A stretch of 63,474 bases of DNA, filler included, from Octopus bimaculoides (lineage: Eukaryota): NCBI RefSeq assembly GCF_001194135.2. It is 6 parts of 6 records of this genome, joined end to end, with 100 filler letters (N's around TTAATTAATTAA, not from the genome) between each part and the next. Parts side by side here need not be neighbours in the genome. Positions count along the whole stretch, not along the records: positions 1 to 7,957 come from NC_068984.1; positions 8,058 to 20,635 come from NC_068997.1; 4 more parts are not named here. One strand, written 5' to 3'. This document shows, in pieces, positions 1 through 12,453 of this stretch; the stretch's first letter is position 1, and each line of letters opens with the position of its first letter. A model generated the notes under the pieces. That model was not told where the DNA came from. It did no database searches and saw only the letters and a program-made list of their open reading frames with translations. A program made the translations under genes and the position numbers.

Positions 1-296
1 TGTAAATTTATTTATATATGCTTACATATATAAAGAGTAGTTCGTTTGAAGAATTGTAATGTCGAAAACGTGTGTATGTGTGTGTTTGGTGAGGTATGCA
101 GGAAAACTAAGTCACAAAATATGAGTTTATATTTTATTAATATTTAGCAGAGTAACTCACGGGCCGAGATTTTCGTGTGTACGATAAGTTTGATAAGCAC
201 CAACGCATGAAAGTCTTAACCTTTGTGTCACTGTCGCTTCTTCGAAATATAAATCTATATGTTTTACCATTTCCTTTAATGTTCGTTTAACACGCT

Positions 297-330
<34 letters not shown>

Positions 331-331
<1 letters not shown>

Positions 332-779
332 TCCTACGGTGCGAATAGATTTTTATACGGCGCCGTTTTTACAATCCTGTAAATAATAAAAATGGTATTT
401 TTATATCAGATTAAAGCTTATAGGGATCACCGTGCAACGACTATGGAAAACGGTCTGATAAAGGGGCATATAAGCCCTCGACTGAAAAAAATTAAAGTCT
501 TTTCTATCCGCGTGGGAGTTGAATCCACATCCCTTTGTTAACGCGACTTAGTGTACTACCTATGCACCAGCGAATCAGTTTACATCTTCCTGCCAAATTT
601 AAGAACTATAATAGTTCATGTTTGTTTCTTTATATGTAGACAAACTTCCTATATGCTTTCGGTGCAAATGATTTTTTATACGGCGCCGGTTTTACAAACC
701 TGTAAATAATAATAATGGTATTTTTATATAACCTTAAATCCTGTAGCAATCACCGTGCGATGACTAATGGAAACAGTCT

Positions 780-783
<4 letters not shown>
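331..783. repeat. Composite repeat between two (TA)n tracts: two diverged ~120-bp direct repeats (338-458, 661-783) flanking a tRNA-like segment
   Basis: GGTGCGAATAGATTTTTATACGGCGCCGTTTTTACAATCCTGTAAATAAT...ATCACCGTGCAACGACTATGGAAAACGGTCTGATAA recurs as GGTGCAAATGATTTTTTATACGGCGCCGGTTTTACAAACCTGTAAATAAT...ATCACCGTGCGATGACTAATGGAAACAGTCTAATAA. Confidence 0.75.
505..575 (-). ncRNA. tRNA-like pseudogene or SINE head (not a functional tRNA)
   Basis: Minus strand has an A-box-like TGGTGCATAGG with D stem GTGC/GTAC, a B-box-like GGATTCAACTCC with T stem GTGG/CCAC, and a partial acceptor stem. The anticodon arm does not pair. Confidence 0.55.
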
Positions 784-820
<37 letters not shown>

Positions 821-823
<3 letters not shown>

Positions 824-1560
824 GGTGCGGTGAATAAACAGCCATCTAAATTTCGCAAAACTGATAATAGCACAGACATCTCATTTTAACAGATATACTT
901 ACCAAAATTACATTAAAATATCTTGAAATACTAAACAGTAAATTCATTCTATAAAATCGCCACTGGCTTCGATTATGGCCTCTAGGCGATTTCCAAATCT
1001 CCTGCAACTCTTCTGGACGGTCGGTTTGTTTTAGTTGCTGAATGCTGCCATAGTCCTTACCTTCAGTTCATCTTTGATGTTTCACGGAGTTTTGTTGGTC
1101 TCTCGCTCAAGTGCGGTGCACAAATAATAATCAAGGGGGTGCAGTATGGGGAGTTAGGTGGCCAGATGTTAGGGGTGATATGGTCGCAGATACTGACTGA
1201 TAGCCATCACTGGATTCTCCTGCTTGTGTGGCATGGACCAGAGTCCTGTTGCCAGACATAGGGTCTTCCAGCAGCCACCACCCTCTTAACCCAGAGCAGC
1301 ACTACTTCTTCCAGACATTTGATGTAAGCCTCCGTGTTGAGTCTGAGGCCGTTTGGGAGGATGAAAGGAGGCATAACGTCGCCAAGGCTAGTGATCATTC
1401 GAAACACGATTATGTTGTCTGAATGTTTGATGTTTATCACTCTCGGTACAAGCACTATCCTAAGATTGACACCTAAACACTCTGAAATATTCGTATTAGA
1501 GCTTCTGGCTCAAATGCCTCGTAGTACAGCATTTCGTTTCCAAAGTTCTGCCAGAGTGAA
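821..1560 (-). mobile_element. Internally deleted Tc1/mariner-superfamily transposon, maT (DD37D) type; transposase pseudogene
   Basis: Minus translation: MTQFTLAELWKRNAVL...(jump)...GDVMPPFILPNGLRLNTEAYIKCLEEVVL...YVWQQDSGPCHTSRRIQ*WL...IWPPNSPYCTPL(frameshift)DYY...LEAIIEASGDFIE*. There are 37 residues between the second and third catalytic Asp. A TA|CAGGGTG terminus lies at 821. Confidence 0.9.
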
Positions 1561-1761
1561 TTGCGTCATGGTACTATTTCTTTTTATTAGACAGTGCCCA
1601 ACTGACTCTACTATACTGTGTATTCGAGAAAATCAAAAACAAACAATGCACATACGTAAAACTAAAAATATAAAATGGCGACGACTTTCCTATCTCACCA
1701 TGTACATATATAACTATATATCTATATAGACAGATGGATAGACAGATAGATAGATAGATAG

Positions 1762-1819
<58 letters not shown>

Positions 1820-2071
1820 AGCTATATGATATGATGAAGAACTGTAAAAATCAAGCATGTCTTATTAATTTATAGTAGCATACTTTGGTTAAATATTCGA
1901 AAGTCTGATGCGCTTCCCTTTCTTCATAAGAGACAATATAGAATTTATTAGCCTGAAGTCATTTTAACATGAACAAAAAGTAAACACTAAATATAATCTT
2001 GAATTTTCGATCATCAACATTAGCAACGCACAAACTTGTTATTACACAACACCAAATACTTAAAACTTTAG

Positions 2072-2143
2072 AACATAAACATTGACAACAAAATACAGGA
2101 TGATGTATTTTGTCACTCTAATGATTTTGCCAATCTGTTAGGT
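2072..2143 (+). CDS. Candidate internal exon (phase 0-0), NINIDNKIQDDVFCHSNDFANLLG
   Basis: Acceptor ACTTTAG| (an alternative CAG| gives a start at 2099), strong donor GGT|GTAAGT, open frame, phase-compatible with the 2539 ORF. No homology recognised. Confidence 0.35.
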
Positions 2144-2538
2144 GTAAGTTGTGCCTTGCCAACAGTGAAAAATCTTGCCATGCGTTTTAATGATCAAACA
2201 AGATTTATCAATGAGATATATTATCTTAAAAGTTGACTTTTAATATCGGCAAGCTGATCGTAGATGCATCGTTACGGTTCAAGCATAAACAGAAGACATT
2301 TAAAAGATTCGTGTTTTAAGCTTCAGATGAGGGTTTTTTTTTATATATATATTTCCATAACTATCTATTCGTAGCACTTACATGAACAAATAAAAATAGC
2401 AAATATATTCAGACATAGAGAGATGAAAGGAGAACAGAAAGAGAAAAAGATAAATGAAGGCTATTGGAATATGTGTTGACAGGAACTGCTGCCAAGCAGC
2501 AGTAGTGAACTGTCTCGTAATGTAAGGTTATATTGTAG

Positions 2539-2997
2539 GACCGGAAGACAATCCCAGCTACTGACAGGTTGCATGAAACTGAAACTCTGGAGGAAGTAAC
2601 GATGCAGTTAACAGAAGGTCTGATGGAAATAAGGTTACTGGAAAATAGCACAGCAGTCTTGGAGTTCACTAACGAGATGCAAAGAAGTGAAACTGAGAAA
2701 GAAATAAGGTTGGAAGGTTCCATATTAAGAAAGGTTGCAACACGGCTCCAAGAAAATGAATTCCAAATCGATGCACGGTTGGATATAACTAAGCAAATAG
2801 GAAATGCTATAAATAGATTAATAATAAACTCGAGATCAAACAGAATCGAAATAATCAACAGATGTCGATTATCTCGGCTTTCAAAGAGAAATGCGGAAAC
2901 AAACTTTAGAGATGGCAATCTGCACGCATGCAAAATGCTAGATACAATGCCAGCATTACCTATGCATGTGAATGTAGTTCTGAAAGCGGAAAACTAA
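2539..2997 (+). CDS. Candidate terminal coding exon, unknown protein (~152 aa, predicted helical, E/L/I/R/N-rich)
   Basis: Stop-free for 153 codons in AT-rich unique DNA, starting exactly at a TATTGTAG|G acceptor. Ends in TAA with AATAAA at 3029-3034. Confidence 0.5.
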   Translation, partial: DRKTIPATDRLHETETLEEVTMQLTEGLMEIRLLENSTAVLEFTNEMQRSETEKEIRLEGSILRKVATRLQENEFQIDARLDITKQIGNAINRLIINSRSNRIEIINRCRLSRLSKRNAETNFRDGNLHACKMLDTMPALPMHVNVVLKAEN

Positions 2998-3563
2998 GGG
3001 CAATATTGTGTGTAGTTCTGCAAAATACAATAAACTGGAAAAATATATTCTTTAAATATACTATCACAAAAATTCTGCAGAGACTATATGGCTCTTATCA
3101 AATACACGGAAGTACACTGGCTGCAAGTTATCAACTGTCTATGAACTATCGTTACATTTGAAATGTTTTACATTGCTGTAAAACATTGTATTCTATCATA
3201 GCCCCAAGTGTATACCGCTTAAGGGTAAGTATATTGGAATAAATACGACTGAAATTCGTTGGCACTTATCGTCAGTAACAACTTAATTCAGAATATGAAA
3301 AAGACAGAACTAAATACAACAAAGAATTTTGTTGGTTGCTACACCATTTCTAATGTCCCTAGTTCTCATACAAGAAAATGATACATCAGGAATGCTGTAG
3401 TGTATGAAAATCCTCATCATTTATTTTTAATATTTTCGAATAATTTATTTTTAATATTTTTAACTTTATACACTTTTATTTTTACTAATCTTAAAAAATA
3501 TAATGATTTTTTTTCATTTCCCATAAAAATTCTGAAGCAGACAATGCCAACACATACACATTA

Positions 3564-3634
<71 letters not shown>

Positions 3635-3684
3635 GAAATCTCTTTGCTTCATTCTATCATATCCTAGCAGATTTATTTTTACAA

Positions 3685-3840
3685 TTATGAAGATTTATTC
3701 TTAGAAGTGCGGACGATAATAGTGAGACATTCAGCTCCTAATAATGCCCTTGTGGTGTCATCTTCACATACGTCATGTCTTGGGTAGTTTGTAACTAGCA
3801 CAGTGCATTTCTCTCCAGGACCTATCACCTCCGATTTCTT
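3685..3840 (-). CDS. Candidate terminal exon, KKSEVIGPGEKCTVLVTNYPRHDVCEDDTTRALLGAECLTIIVRTSKNKSS* (start resembles RRM beta1-alpha1)
   Basis: Pyrimidine-rich tract followed by TTTTCAG TAG|AAG, 51 open codons, TAA, and AATAAA directly after (3672-3677). In frame with exon 15313-15365. Confidence 0.4.
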   Translation of the reverse strand, partial: KKSEVIGPGEKCTVLVTNYPRHDVCEDDTTRALLGAECLTIIVRTSKNKSS

Positions 3841-6800
3841 CTACTGAAAATGTGACAATGAGACTGAGAGAGAGATTAACAGGTTGGTAGACAGACAGAC
3901 AGAGACCGAGTGTGAACGAGAAAGAGCATTTGATTACTGTACTTTATTTATCGACATAGAAAAAATAAAATGCAAAGTAGATCCTGGCAGGATCTACTAT
4001 CGCTCCTTATAAAAATTATTAAGCCTTAATCAATTTCCCTTGAAAGATTGTTATATAATCATTCTTATTATTTATCTTATAGCACGTTCAACAATCACAA
4101 ATGTGATATGGGTAAGTCTTTGCAATAAGATTGGGTACAATAGGTCAAGGAATATTTTTTAACGAAAACATCGGTCTATTGTATTTCTCCCACGAAATGT
4201 ATGAGCTACATACGTTGAAACGTTCTCCCGCGCTCTTTGCAGTCTATCTGTAGATATATGTGTATGAGTATACACAAGTACAAACCCTTACACGCGCGTA
4301 CACACACATTTGAACGCAACAGGCTCGCGCAAGGAGTAACTGAATGAACAATCTGGCTAATTTTAAAATACATTTGACTCTACAGTCAATATTAACTCCA
4401 TCCATTCAATAAAGTTTCCGATGTTATTCTTAAATATTCATTAATAACCTTAATTTTACAGCACACGCACGCGCACACCCACACAGACGCATGCATGTAT
4501 TTAACATAATTGCCTTAATTTTAAGATCAACAAGATAATTCAACCAATATGTAGTCAATACATTTAGATATACAATTAAATATGTTATTGATATGAAAAC
4601 GTCCAATACTTGTTCTAATGTTTAGAAAGTAAAAGATGTCTATTACTTTCTCAATTTAGATATTTTTGTGTTTTTTTTTCTTTGTCTGAAGCACTTGTAC
4701 TAATGTTAGCATTTTGCAAAAATATTGTGCTTGTGTATGAATGTATACATATATAAATAGATATGATGAGAGAAATAAAGAGAAGTTGATGTGTAAATAG
4801 AAAGAATGAGTGTGAGAGTAAATATGAGGGGAAAATGCTTGTGTTTATTTGTGTATTAACTGAGCGTGAGAGTTCCTCGACACATTTGTAAATATTATTT
4901 TAAGCAGTGTGTATGACAGGAAATTGAGAGATAACATGAAATTGAGAGATAGAAAGAAGAAAAACGAGAAAATGGCAGAGAGGATGTGAGCATGAATATG
5001 TTTAACGTGTATATGTGTGACAACACTGAGAGTAGTAAGAGATAAATGTAACGGGAACTTTGTCGGTTTCACCGACGAGCGTCCTTATTTTTCGTTCCAC
5101 ATCAACGGAACTAGTTACTCTTCAAAATGGCTTGTAAATCGATGGCTATTCAACAGTTTCTTGCTCGCTCTCTTGTTCTAATCACGAGACGAAATCAACA
5201 TGGCAGAATGCTTGGCAAGGTTGTTACATATGGTTTTCATTTGACAGATTGCGAAACAATTTCCTTCCACCGAGTTTCACGCAAAACGCTTGGGTAGACT
5301 CCAGGTTATGGGGAAAGATATAATGCAGTAGAATCGAACATGTATCTTCCGGATTATTAAAAGGACTTTTCAACAATTTTCCAATAAAAGTATAGTTATT
5401 ATTATTGCACCTGCTGTAGTTAGAATTTCTTTACCCATTACACCCAAGCACAGTTAATTAGCTGGTAAGATTATCTCTGAAAGTAGACTATATCAACCGA
5501 AGTAGGATGTTGAATTCAAATCTATCAAACTACCTAATTAAATTCTTTGTTCCAGCCTCCACCAATTTCTGCTATTTATACGAGGGTGTGTGGGCGCGCT
5601 CGTAAGGGCTTGTATGTGTGTACACCCATACACATATACCTACGGAGAGACTACACAGTGTGAGAGAGAACGTTTCAACGTATGTATCTTATACATTTCG
5701 GGGAGAAATCCAACAGACCGATGTTTTCGAACAAAAATATTCCTTGACCCATTGTATCCAATCTTATTGGAAAGACTTACACATGTCAGAATTGTGATTG
5801 TTAAACATTTGAGAGTAAAGGTACATTCCATTAGATCGATTCAAGTTCTTTATTGGTACCTAAGGATGTAAAGTAAATTTTGCCCGCGGCAGCATTTAAA
5901 AAGTCTAAAGTTGTAAAAAAAAGTATCAAATAAAAAATATCAGCATCTCAAAACTCTGTTTGATTCATTTTTTTGTTTTGTCTTGTTTTGCGATCAACGA
6001 ATCGAAAATTCTCAGATATTGAAACCATATAACATGATTGATGTCATTTCAAAATCGTTTTCTTAAATAATTCAACACTTAAGCTTAGTAAAAGAAGTTG
6101 AATCATAGATTAATCTAAATAAACATATCCCAAAATTTGAAAGAAAAAGCCAAAAAAGCTGTATCAGAAGAGATGTGAGGAGAAAATCAGCTAAAGAAAA
6201 TTCAACTTGCTAAACTTTTGTTTGATTTCAGACTATTTTATTTATAAATATACAATATATATCCGTGGGTTGTTTGATTTCTTCTGACAATATTTTCTTA
6301 GTCTCTTTTCTTCTGTTTATTTTTTTTCTTTTCTTGCCGTTTCATGACATTCACATTCACTCGATATACACATTAGCGGATATGTACGTATGTTGATAAT
6401 TAACAAGTGCACTTCTTTAACACACACACACGTATATAAATATATATATACATATATATATATATGTATGCATGAGTATTTANNNNNNNNNNNNNNNNNN
6501 NNNNNNNNNNATATATATATATATATACCCATATAAACGCATGTACACTAACATACATGCATACACACCCTGCGCGCACCCACGCACAAACACACACACA
6601 TGTATACATACATTATATAAAAATAAATGTAAATGTCATTGTTACTTTAACAAACAAGAGAAAACAGAACTTATCGGTGATCAGTCAATCAAATATTCGA
6701 CAGTTGGCAAGGACTTCTGTTTCTATGTTTTGTTTGTATATCCTGTTTATCGGTCCATAGCAACACACATGTTTCTATTTCCAAAATAGAATTATTGCTG

Positions 6801-7909
6801 ACATCGGTGCAAAGCGATATATTTAGGTGAACATAAAGTCGATTATATCAATCACCTGTACTTGGACAAAGGCGAAGTTGAGCCCGAGGGGATTTGAACT
6901 CAGAACGTAAATGGCTTGAAGCCTATTTTCAACAAGGTTATGATTTTGTCCCAGTAGCAATTGTGGTGATAAAAACAATTGTTTCTAATTTAGGCTCACA
7001 GCCAGAAATTTTTGGTGAGGTTATTACTCGATCACACCTACTCCTAATACATAGCTTGTAGTTTTATTTTTTTTTAATGCAAAAAAAAAACAAATCGAAT
7101 AAATGTAAGAGAAATTTCAATGGATTCCAACGCAGGACATATAGAGATGGAACAAATGTTACAAGGTAGCTTGACTGACATTATTGCAATTCGGTTAATT
7201 CACCGTTCTCGTAATTGGCTTCTAAGAAAAACACAAAGTCTAGTATTTTGGAGAGAGGTAACCGATGCTCTTACCATTCTACTATAGATAAATTCCAACT
7301 GACATGAGGTGCACGCTCTGCATTTGCTACATTTTTCGTTTCGGCTTATCCACGCTTAAAGAATTTAAAATATCTTGTCGATAACTCTCACCGAGTTACA
7401 GTAACGAGAGACGAAATATTATCGCCGACGTCGATAAATGATTCACCATTGAACGAGAGTGTACGAGATTTTGCTCTTATTGCCAACAGGTCAGCCGGTT
7501 ATGAAAGATTGATTCTGGGAGTATCACAATCCAACCACAACAATAATTGAAAGAAAGCTATAATCGATGGTATCAAATCCCACTGTGTCACAGCTGTTTT
7601 ATTTTTCATACACTGTGTTATTATTAACAGCAATGAAATCCGATGGGATTTGAACGCGTAACTAACAAGGAAAAAATTAAATGCTGTGACGGAAATACAC
7701 TGTTACACTACAGACCCATCCAGTGACAAAGAGAGAAGAGCAAGGAGGCATAACAATAAATATTCTTTAGAATACTGCAAGACGAATACATAACCATATC
7801 AATGAGTACCTATAAACGTTAAATGTACATGCACTTTATGTATTGAAAGCGTTTTTTACGCATATAGCGCAATACACACATACACACACATGTATATATA
7901 CATAAGTAT

Positions 7910-7957
<48 letters not shown>

Positions 7958-8739
7958 NNNNNNNNNNNNNNNNNNNNNNNNNNNNNNNNNNNNNNNNNNN
8001 NTTAATTAATTAANNNNNNNNNNNNNNNNNNNNNNNNNNNNNNNNNNNNNNNNNNNNTATATATATATAATCACACTCATACTCATTTATTTATATGTGT
8101 GTATGTATATATATATATATACACACGCACACGCATACACACACGCACACGCATACACGCGCACACACACACACACACACATATTATGAAGATAGATACG
8201 GTAGGTGATGTGCAGGAGCAAGATTTGTATTATTTCGAAGAAGAGATAGAATAACGTACTGTGATGTTGTTACCAAGAACGTGGTATCAAATGTTTCGGA
8301 AAGAATATCTCTGTTCGGAATAAAGATTACCGGCAGCAGATGCAGAAAAGGGTATAGAATGTTAAACCCTCTATCTTTGAAAAAAAAAAGTAGCTGTAGA
8401 CAATAGGGAACTCAAGGAAAGAAGAAGGAGCTTCATGCGAAAATAGGGGAGTCGTAAATTATTGAGGAGAAAGAGAAATGAAATGAAGAACTGAAACGTA
8501 AAAGGGCGAGAAATTAAAAAAAAATTGAAACTCGTGGGTAACTGAAGAGTAAGAATGGGTTCAATGATATGAGACAATATCTTTTAGTAGCAGCAAAAAA
8601 AATTTGTTTACATCCTTCCGGGATGTGTTACGGTTCTAACCTGAATGTGAAATTATGTTCCTTCTGCGTACATGTATATGATGTAGGGTAATGAGCGGAA
8701 ATGTCACGACCACTTGCTCGATCATTTGTTCTGATATAA

Positions 8740-8833
8740 TTACATTGTGCTCTTAAACGTGTTCGATAAGTCGACGGCCTGTTTTCTGATGCAAAGTGCC
8801 CCGCCAAGTATGCAAATGATTCCAGATACGAGG
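8740..8833 (-). CDS. Candidate 3' exon, frame uncertain; the phase-2 reading LVSGIICILGGALCIRKQAVDLSNTFKSTM* looks like a transmembrane helix plus basic tail
   Basis: Very strong acceptor TTCTCGTTGTTCTCTTTATTTTCCAG| followed by GC-richer unique sequence. All three frames stay open for at least 26 codons. Confidence 0.3.
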
Positions 8834-9444
8834 CTGGAAAATAAAGAGAACAACGAGAATTTTTCGCTAATATAGCACCGTGATTAACTTGCAGTAGTTG
8901 AGACATTGAAAGATTTGGCACAGCCGTTTCGGTATCACTTATATGCTGTCACCCTTTCGAAGTTGTGTTAGGTGACATCAAACATGTTAATATTTCTGCA
9001 GTTCTCGCTCTCCTTCTCTCTCTCTCACTTTCTCTATCTATATTTTTGTGCTCACGTACATGTGTGTGCTTGTATTTGCTTCCCGGGTCAAACCGTACTG
9101 TCACCAAAACAGGTTTTAGTGACCATTCAGACGTGTTAAATCGCCAGCATCCAAACAACTACAACATCTCGATTCCTTCTAAGGCAGGTATTGCAGTGTA
9201 TATGGCTAAGTACTATGGAGCTTCTAAGTAAAATGTTGCCAATATTCTTAAAAGACAAGTGTGGTTGTCTAAGAAAGTCCAGATATTTTTAGGGGTCACA
9301 GAGCAAGATTCAAAAATTACCTAACCAAAACATTCTTTATAGTCTATAGTTTTGACATTATATGCTCTGGGTTACATACATTAAATTTATTTCAGATACA
9401 TAATTTTCTTCTGTAGTTATATGAAGGAGATCTACTTAGGAAAG

Positions 9445-9745
9445 AAGCCTCCTCGGTCATGAATGGCTATGAGATTGCATCTTGATGAAAGTTTCTATCT
9501 AAGCCACAACTCTGGGCAAGATTGTCTAGGGCGGAGCAGCAGTCACCCGTGCATACAGCTTCTCCTCTCCACACCACAGATGTTGTGGAAGGTGAAGGCG
9601 AAGGCCGATACAGTTTGACAACGGTGTCTTCGCAACTGATTTCTACAACTGAGTGTACATCAGCAACGTACTCACATAAGAATCGAACCCACTACCTCAT
9701 GTTGGTGAGTTCGACGCTCTAGCCACTGAGCCATATGTCTTCAGA
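9445..9745 (-). mobile_element. tRNA-derived SINE (family C), degenerate
   Basis: Minus head ATATGGCTCAGTGGCTAGAGCG...GGGTTCGATT (A and B boxes). Body is homologous to 55106-55440. Confidence 0.75.
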
Positions 9746-9848
9746 TCCATATAATATATAATTTACATGGAAATTCATTGAGCGAGGTTGCTGAAGAATA
9801 TCTCAATAAGGTATTTCATGCACGTATGTACGTAGATATTTTTCTGTC

Positions 9849-9888
<40 letters not shown>

Positions 9889-10307
9889 NNNNNNNNNNNN
9901 NNNNNNNNNNNNNNNNNNNNNNNNNNNNNNNNNNNNNNNNNNNNNNNNNNNNNNNNNNNNNNNNNNNNNNNNNNNNNNNNNNNNNNNNNNNNNNNNNNNN
10001 NNNNNNNNNNNNNNNNNNNNNNNNNNNNNNNNNNNNNNNNNNNNNNNNNNNNNNNNNNNNNNNNNNNNNNNNNNNNNNNNNNNNNNNNNNNNNNNNNNNN
10101 NNNNNNNNNNNNNNNNNNNNNNNNNNNNNNNNNNNNNNNNNNNNNNNNNNNNNNNNNNNNNNNNNNNNNNNNNNNNNNNNNNNNNNNNNNNNNNNNNNNN
10201 NNNNNNNNNNNNNNNNNNNNNNNNNNNNNNNNNNNNNNNNNNNNNNNNNNNNNNNNNNNNNNNNNNNNNNNNNNNNNNNNNNNNNNNNNNNNNNNNNNNN
10301 NNNNNNN

Positions 10308-10354
<47 letters not shown>

Positions 10355-10984
10355 GAAGACAAATATTCACTCACACACAGACATACAGACATGTTGACAT
10401 GATATCTTCATTAGTTCACCTTCGTCGTTGATTATTATCATACTTACAAACTAACGTGTGGAAATCATAAGTTTAATAAATGTAAAATAATACTTGCTCA
10501 TTATAATTAACGTCGCAAACATCTCTAGAGACTTAATCGAAATATCACTTCAGTGGCTGACTCCTACCCATTAATCTATCCATCCATCGAAATACACACA
10601 TATATGTGTCTATATACATACATACATACATACATACATACATACATACATACATACATACATACGTACATACATTCATATGTATGTATGTATGTATATA
10701 CGTACATATATTTTAGATTTTGCGTGTGGGTGGAGAAAAATATGTTCAGTAATTAACCAAAGAAAATAGAAGGGTTATTAGCTGTTCCCTTGGTAATAAT
10801 TAGCTACTGCATGGCAAATACCCACCAGTTCACAGCTGTGATATCGCATGTTAAAAGTGTGACATTCGAAAAACACTGCCCTTATTTAGATCTCACATGT
10901 ATTTAGTCATTATTGTTATTATTACTTTTTGTTTTGTTGTTGTTGTGGTAGATTTACATATGAAAGTCATTAGACATTAGTTCA

Positions 10985-11018
<34 letters not shown>

Positions 11019-11434
11019 NNNNNNNNNNNNNNNNNNNNNNNNNNNNNNNNNNNNNNNNNNNNNNNNNNNNNNNNNNNNNNNNNNNNNNNNNNNNNNNNNN
11101 NNNNNNNNNNNNNNNNNNNNNNNNNNNNNNNNNNNNNNNNNNNNNNNNNNNNNNNNNNNNNNNNNNNNNNNNNNNNNNNNNNNNNNNNNNNNNNNNNNNN
11201 NNNNNNNNNNNNNNNNNNNNNNNNNNNNNNNNNNNNNNNNNNNNNNNNNNNNNNNNNNNNNNNNNNNNNNNNNNNNNNNNNNNNNNNNNNNNNNNNNNNN
11301 NNNNNNNNNNNNNNNNNNNNNNNNNNNNNNNNNNNNNNNNNNNNNNNNNNNNNNNNNNNNNNNNNNNNNNNNNNNNNNNNNNNNNNNNNNNNNNNNNNNN
11401 NNNNNNNNNNNNNNNNNNNNNNNNNNNNNNNNNN

Positions 11435-11467
<33 letters not shown>

Positions 11468-12405
11468 TTTTACACACATAAGCACATATATATATTTTTT
11501 TTTGTGTGTTTTTTTGGTGCGGATGCATGTATTTGTATTTATACATAAGTATTTTGTACGCATTTCAGTGTGTGCATAGAGGTTGAAAGCCATGCCTGCG
11601 AGTATGTCTGCAGATATTCGCGTGAGATGAAATAATCCCGTTACGCTTAATTATAGTATGGTTCACCTCCATAGATTTCTGCATCAACTTGTGACAATTA
11701 GCCTTGCACGGCTTTTCTAGAAATCAGTGACTGCAATAACTCAGCTAGTAATTTTACTTGTATTACTGAAACATGCTGCTCAAGAGAGATGATTTTAACT
11801 TCGTATTTTAGAGCAATTCATATTTAAGCTTAAGTTTTGGCTATGATCTATGATCTAATAGGGAAACTGTCAACTATAGAATGAACTTGACTACGCATCG
11901 AAACCACGTGAACAGGTACACGCTTTTAAAGGCTATAGTAGATATCACTGCCCCAAGTCGGCGCGCACTGGAACTGAACCAAAAACTACGAGCTTATTAA
12001 CCATGGGATTTTGTAATCCATATTACTGGCTACATAAAAGACCTCAAAAAGACCTATCAGTTTAATATACGTTTTGATTAAGAGAAGGAATTCATTGCTT
12101 CTAATGATTTTAATTGGAAGTCTTTTCATTTTATGTTTTATGATGTTGGAAATGTTGGTACTTGGTTGTTTTAAAATAGTCCGGTGGAAATTTTCAATTT
12201 ACAGTTTATTCACTTTTGCGAATGCTTTGTGTTTTGTCGAGAAATAGTTAAATGTGGCGAGACTATCAAATGGAATTCATGCGTCTTTAGAAATATGTAT
12301 ATAGGTAGAAGTTAAATAGGTAAACAGATAGACAGACAGAAAGACAGACAAGTAGGCGGATAGATAGACAAACAGTCAAATAGACAGACAGACAGTTAGA
12401 TAAAC

Positions 12406-12453
<48 letters not shown>

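Noticed and set aside
2701-2820. BID/BH3-like look of ILRKVATRLQENEFQIDAR and ITKQIGNAIN
   Set aside because: The invariant Leu-x-x-x-Gly-Asp core is absent in both, so this is likely generic amphipathic-helix similarity.
3976-3998. 11-bp-arm hairpin AGTAGATCCTG-G-CAGGATCTACT
   Set aside because: Short and isolated, possibly a mutated SINE relic; not enough to claim a function.
3201-4111. Two tiny + strand exon-like segments with GTAAGT donors (PKCIPLK; ARSTITNVIW)
   Set aside because: At 23 and 29 nt, such matches are expected by chance in 63 kb, and there is no supporting homology.
8002-8013. TTAATTAATTAA isolated between N runs, recurring identically at 20680, 45462, 54872 and 60297
   Set aside because: At 8002 it sits in a 44N+12+44N = 100-bp block, and the others look the same. 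It gives stops in all frames, so it is an assembler gap spacer, not biology.
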